A stretch of DNA of 64,000 nt from an uncultured Verrucomicrobiae bacterium (GTDB taxonomy: Bacteria; Verrucomicrobiota; Verrucomicrobiia; Chthoniobacterales; Chthoniobacteraceae): the NCBI GenBank assembly GCA_963769025.1, contig CAVYKI010000010.1, forward strand, positions 1 to 64,000, read 5' to 3'. Positions 59,822-64,000 of this stretch are shown one piece after another (positions within the stretch are counted from its first letter, which is position 1; every line of letters starts with the position of its first letter). The position numbers were made by a program, and so were the translations under genes. The notes under the pieces are model-generated. The model saw only the letters and a program-made list of their open reading frames with translations, ran no database searches and was not told the origin of the DNA.

Positions 59822-60717
59822 AACCGCTTCCCCTTCCCCTCATCGCAGCGGTCGGGATTCTGCTTATCGCGCCACCGGGACATGCGCAGGTCCTGGTCAA
59901 CGACACATTTTCGGACAACGAACGCTCGACGCAGAGTCCGCCGAGTTCGCTCAGTTGGATCGTGGGGGCGCACAATGGGACGGCTGCCAATGCTTTCGGG
60001 ACACTGGATGCGTCCGGAGGCAACCTGGTGCTCGACCACACGCAGTCCCCAGGGGTGAACAGCTTCGCGGTGGCCATCGGATATTTCACGGTCAGCGGTT
60101 CACCCGTCGTGCTCAGCATGGGCGAGACATTGACGCTGAGCTTCGACGTCAGCTTCAGCAACGGGTCTTTCCAAACCAACAACGGGGCTTTCCGATGGGC
60201 CCTGTTCGACTCCGGCGGCAGCCGCGTGTCGGCGGATTTCGCCGGCAACAACGCTCCGGGCATCTCCAGCGGCACCACCTTCAACGGCTACCGTGGCTAC
60301 GAGGCACAGTCGCGGATCGACGGTATGGCCACGCCCAATGCGATGTTCACTCGCGAGCGGACAGGGAGTGGCGCAGGGCTTTTCAACAGCACCGAATGGG
60401 CGGCACAGCTGGGCAGTGAAACCTCCTCCGCGTCCTACGCCGCCAATGTGACCTATGGCGGGTCGCTGATTTTGGAGCGCACCGCTTCCGGGGTGAATGT
60501 GCAGGGCTCGCTCAATGGCGCAACGACTTCCAGCTATCTCGATACCACGCCGGTAACCCAGTTCGACACGATCGCCTTCTTCACCGTGGACGGCCTCTCG
60601 CACGACCTCACTTTCGACAATGTGAACGTGACGGTGACCCCGGAACCTGCCGCCGGCAGCCTTCTGGCAATGGCCGGTTTGAGCTTGCTGTCCATGAGGC
60701 GCCGGCGTCGCGCCTGA
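59818..60717 (+). CDS. PEP-CTERM sorting domain surface protein
   Basis: Signal peptide; S/T/G/N-rich body; C-terminal TPEP-hydrophobic-RRRRRA. Confidence 0.92.
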   Translation: MKPLPLPLIAAVGILLIAPPGHAQVLVNDTFSDNERSTQSPPSSLSWIVGAHNGTAANAFGTLDASGGNLVLDHTQSPGVNSFAVAIGYFTVSGSPVVLSMGETLTLSFDVSFSNGSFQTNNGAFRWALFDSGGSRVSADFAGNNAPGISSGTTFNGYRGYEAQSRIDGMATPNAMFTRERTGSGAGLFNSTEWAAQLGSETSSASYAANVTYGGSLILERTASGVNVQGSLNGATTSSYLDTTPVTQFDTIAFFTVDGLSHDLTFDNVNVTVTPEPAAGSLLAMAGLSLLSMRRRRRA

Positions 60718-60737
60718 ACGGTTCGCCGGCGGTCCGG

Positions 60738-61490
60738 CTACTGCCCTGGCAGCGGGGCGATTTTCTCGCGCGGGACTTCCAGCGGCGCGTCGCCATCGTC
60801 CCATTTCACGGTGTAGGAATTCTCGCGCCGGGCCGTGACGGTGCCGGGAAACATCTGCGCGCCGCGCCAGCACGCGAGGACGCGGGCGCCGACCGCGATC
60901 CCGCGGTCCGCATCCACGCGCACCATGTCGCCGATGCCCACGGCCCCCTTGTCGCCGTCGCCGTAGGCCACGTGGTATTTCCCCCCGTCTGCCATCCCGG
61001 TGATCGTCGCGATGTAATAGGCATTCCCGCCCCACTTCGCCGCCACGCTCGTGCCGATGGAGAGCCTCGGCGCAAATGCGGGTGCCGCCGCAGCCTGCTG
61101 CCCCAGCTTCACGACACGATCCCGCGCGACCTCCAGCGGTGCATCGCCATCGTCCCACTTCACCGTCACGGTGAATTCCGTCTTCGCCGTGACCGTGCCG
61201 GGGAACATCCCCGCGCCATTCCATGCGGCGAGCACCTTGTCGCCGATCGCAAAGTCCGCATCGCGCGAAATGCGGATGAGGTCCGCCGCGCCCACGGTCG
61301 CCTTGTCGCCATCGTCGTAAAGCACGTCGAACCGTCCGCCGCCCGCCGCGGTGACGGTCGCGAGGTAATGGCGCCCGTCGCTCCACTTCGCCGCGACCTT
61401 GTCGCCGGGTTTCGCGTCATCGGCAAAAGTGAGGGTGTGCGCGGTGAGAAAGATCGCCGCAAGGAGCAAGGAGGACATCCATTGTTTCAT
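60738..61490 (-). CDS. Secreted protein of four tandem Tudor/Agenet-like domains
   Basis: Signal peptide; (GDKVAAKW..YLATVT..VLYDDGD)(GDKVLAAW..MFPGTVT..VKWDDGD) unit occurs twice. Confidence 0.8.
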   Translation of the reverse strand: MKQWMSSLLLAAIFLTAHTLTFADDAKPGDKVAAKWSDGRHYLATVTAAGGGRFDVLYDDGDKATVGAADLIRISRDADFAIGDKVLAAWNGAGMFPGTVTAKTEFTVTVKWDDGDAPLEVARDRVVKLGQQAAAAPAFAPRLSIGTSVAAKWGGNAYYIATITGMADGGKYHVAYGDGDKGAVGIGDMVRVDADRGIAVGARVLACWRGAQMFPGTVTARRENSYTVKWDDGDAPLEVPREKIAPLPGQ

Positions 61491-61583
61491 GGCCTGGGTT
61501 TGGTTTGGGGTTGTGATTTCCGGGAGGAAACGTCCGCAATGCTTGAGCCGCCCCGGCGCGTTGGCAAGCCGCGGATTGCGACG

Positions 61584-61931
61584 CTATTTTCCCAGCGGCG
61601 TCTTCAAGATCTCCGCGCCGTCCGCACTCACCGTGAGCGTGCCGGCGATGGCGATGACCTCGAATTTCTTCGCGCCCGCCGGCACCTTCGCGCTCTCTTT
61701 CGTGTCCAGGAGCACGCGCTGCTTATCGATGATGATTTCGTGGCCCGTCATCTTCACGGTGAACTGATCCTCCCCGGGTCCCACCCACGCCCCGCCTTCG
61801 ACGCGAACGTGAATGTGCCGGTCGCCGCTGGTGGCCTGGATGTCGGAAATGCCGGGTGGCTTCGGTTTGCACCCCGCCGCGAGCAAAACGCCGCAGGCGA
61901 GGAGTAATGTGATGATGTGTTTCATTTTCAT
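61584..61931 (-). CDS. Hypothetical lipoprotein
   Basis: MKMKHIITLLLACGVLLAAG-C lipobox. Confidence 0.75.
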   Translation of the reverse strand: MKMKHIITLLLACGVLLAAGCKPKPPGISDIQATSGDRHIHVRVEGGAWVGPGEDQFTVKMTGHEIIIDKQRVLLDTKESAKVPAGAKKFEVIAIAGTLTVSADGAEILKTPLGK

Positions 61932-61963
61932 GGGTTGGATGCATGGGAATGGTCGCGGCAGCT

Positions 61964-62394
61964 TCAGCCGCCTGCTTCGCGGGCCATCCTCATCGTCTCC
62001 AGCATTTCGGTGATTTCGCCGGGGGATTGCCACTGCAAAGTAAATGGAACCGTGTCCGCGGGAAACCAGCGCACCAGTTCCGCGGCCGCGATGAGGTCGT
62101 GCTCGCCCGCCAATGCAAACGCCCCGGCCATTCCGGGCGTGACCGGGTGCAAGGCCCCTGCCGGACACTGGATGATGTCACCCCCTTCCGCCGCGATAAT
62201 GGCCTGCCCCCCGTGATCCAACGCGACGACTTCGCCCTGTTTGCGAATCACGGTTCCTGTCTCGCCCGCACGATCCTGGTGGGTGATTTTGAAAACGATC
62301 AACGCGGTGCGGCAATCGAGGGAGTAACGGGTCATTTTTCCAAAGGGGTTTCCCGATTTTCCACACCTTGGAGCGATTCGGGTTTGGTTTTCAT
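61964..62394 (-). CDS. Hypothetical protein (start uncertain; possible frameshift near 62335)
   Basis: 123-aa ORF 61964-62335 preceded by a short overlapping ORF starting at 62394. Confidence 0.35.
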
Positions 62395-62804
62395 GGCTTG
62401 GATTTCGTTGGTGCCTTCTTCCAGTCGGTGTGGGCGATGACGTAGGGCGGGCGGTGCGGGACGTGGTGTGTCCGGCAGTCGAATGCCTGATCGTAGTGGC
62501 GCTCCAGCTTTGCGCCGCGGGATTTCATCTCGATGAGCGCGCGCTCGGGCCACAGGAGGTCGGCGAATTTCTTGCCTCCCTTCGCCCGCGCGCGGTCGCC
62601 ATGGAGCGGTTCGAGCTGCGCGTAGCCGGGCTTTTTCGCGATGCGGAACTCGAAGGTCGCTCCAGCCTCGATGGCTCCGCCGTGACCGAGCGCGCGGAAG
62701 AGATGATCGAGAAACGTCTGCGCCTCGCTTTTCTCATCGCCATGAAGCGAGCGCGCAAAGGCGGCGAAATTTTCGGGGGAGGAACGAAGTTCAGCCGTGG
62801 CCAC
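62391..62804 (-). pseudogene. Truncated MmeI-like type IIG restriction-methylase N-terminal nuclease domain (copy B)
   Basis: GDEKSEAQTFLDHLFRALGH...FEFR...KFADLLWPERALIEMKSRG..L..HYDQAFD...RPPYV, then abrupt end; no methyltransferase domain follows. Confidence 0.78.
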
Positions 62805-62991
62805 GGGACGGAACGTGTCCGGGATGCGGGATGGTTGCAAGCCGCGGGTCCGTGCCTTGCAGGCGGACATGGCTCGGGCGCTCAGTCTGCAAGCGAGGCG
62901 AAGAGGTGCTGCTCTCGGCATCCACGTCGGCGGGACTGGCGACGGTCCCGGCGATCCCGGCGCGGGGAGTTGTCAGCCAGTCCGCCCGATT

Positions 62992-63884
62992 TCACCGCGT
63001 GACGACGAGCACGATGGCGGAGGTCATCAGCGCCGCGCCTGCGAGCCGCCAGCGGAGCACGGTCCCGCCGAGCTGCGCCTCGGTGTTGGAGAACCAGTGG
63101 CCGATGAGCCACACGGCGGCGACGCTCCACACGCCGCGCGCGCTATAGACGACATTCATCGCCGTGGCGTCGCCGAAGATCGCCACCCCGGAGACGAGCG
63201 CAAAGGCCTGGAGCGCCAGGAAGAGCGCGCCCGCCGCCAGCGATGGCATTGCGGCGCGCGGCAGCTCGCGCAGCGGCGCGCGGAAAAACGGGACGAACGC
63301 GAGCGACATCGCCGCGGAGAGCGCGAACATGATCGGCAGGAAGCGTCCCGCGCCCCAGCGCGGGCGACCACTTTTGCACCAGCACGTCGAACATCGCGTA
63401 CGACGACGCGGCCACCATGGAGAAGCCGAGCGTCCGCCCGAGCCGCCGGTGTCCTCCGGATGCGCGGCTGCCGGGGGCGAGATTGAGCAGCGCGATCGCG
63501 GCGACGCTGAGCGCCGCCGCGCACCAGAGCTGCCACGGCAGGCGCGTGGCGAGCAGCAGCGTGGTGAACCACGCGACGAAAATCGTCTTCGCGCCGAGCA
63601 CGGGCGTCGCCACCGACACATCGCCGAGCGAGAGCGCGAGGATCGAGAAGACCTGCCCCGCGATGAAGAGCAGCGCCACGAGCGCCGGGCTGCCAGAGCT
63701 GCGTCCACGGCTGACCGGCCCCGCCCAGCGGGAGCAGCGCGGAAAAGACGACCGCGGCGGTGCAATTGGCGATGAACGTCGTGCGCATCACGCCTGCGCC
63801 GAGCTGTTGCGCGCGCTTCAGAAAGAGCGCAGCGGCGACGTAGAGCAGGCTCGCGATAAAGGGGAAAAGAAGATGCCACTTCAT
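62992..63884 (-). CDS. DMT/EamA family transporter, frameshifted near 63685 and 63362
   Basis: Ten hydrophobic segments; GDVSVATPVLGAK, NVVYSARGVWSV. Confidence 0.82.
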
Positions 63885-63973
63885 CGCTCGCCGGACTGGA
63901 GGATGACCACGCGCCGATGCCGGTGCAGATCGCCGGATTTGTCGGGGGAGGAACGAATGTCAGCCGGTGCCAC
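63881..63973 (-). pseudogene. Very short 5' remnant of the same MmeI-like gene (copy C)
   Basis: VAPADIRSSPDK, DNA similar to copies A and B; stop overlaps the DMT start (ATGA). Confidence 0.5.
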
Positions 63974-64000
63974 GGGGCGAACGATGCGCAGTCTGCCCGG

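Overview
GC-rich bacterial chromosome segment. Gene content (PEP-CTERM proteins, DUF1501 plus DUF1549/DUF1553 cytochrome pair, MoxR-DUF58-BatA-vWA-prenyltransferase operon, sulfatase) suggests Verrucomicrobiota/PVC (inference). It holds about 55 CDSs, a tRNA with a CAT anticodon (probably Ile2), the SRP RNA gene and one complete IS5-family element. The most striking feature is threonyl-tRNA synthetase (thrS, 13434-15965, -). It carries an apparently intact REP-associated (HUH/Y1) tyrosine transposase domain inserted in frame in its catalytic domain. The domain is bracketed by 58-bp perfect inverted repeats built from GTAG-type REP hairpins, and the repeat-to-repeat unit is exactly 630 bp (210 codons). 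Several other GTAG-REP families occur nearby, one of them inside the reading frame of a cysteine desulfurase. The last 7 kb is a variable region punctuated by three decayed 5' ends of an MmeI-like restriction-modification gene, each directly upstream of unrelated cargo. An uncharacterised IscS / GcvH-like / CobW-like GTPase / Fe-S protein cluster and an sbtAB locus with a 14-bp-period operator-like array are also present. About a dozen scattered frameshifts in six ordinary genes most likely reflect assembly indels. All family calls come from motif recognition by eye; no database search was run.
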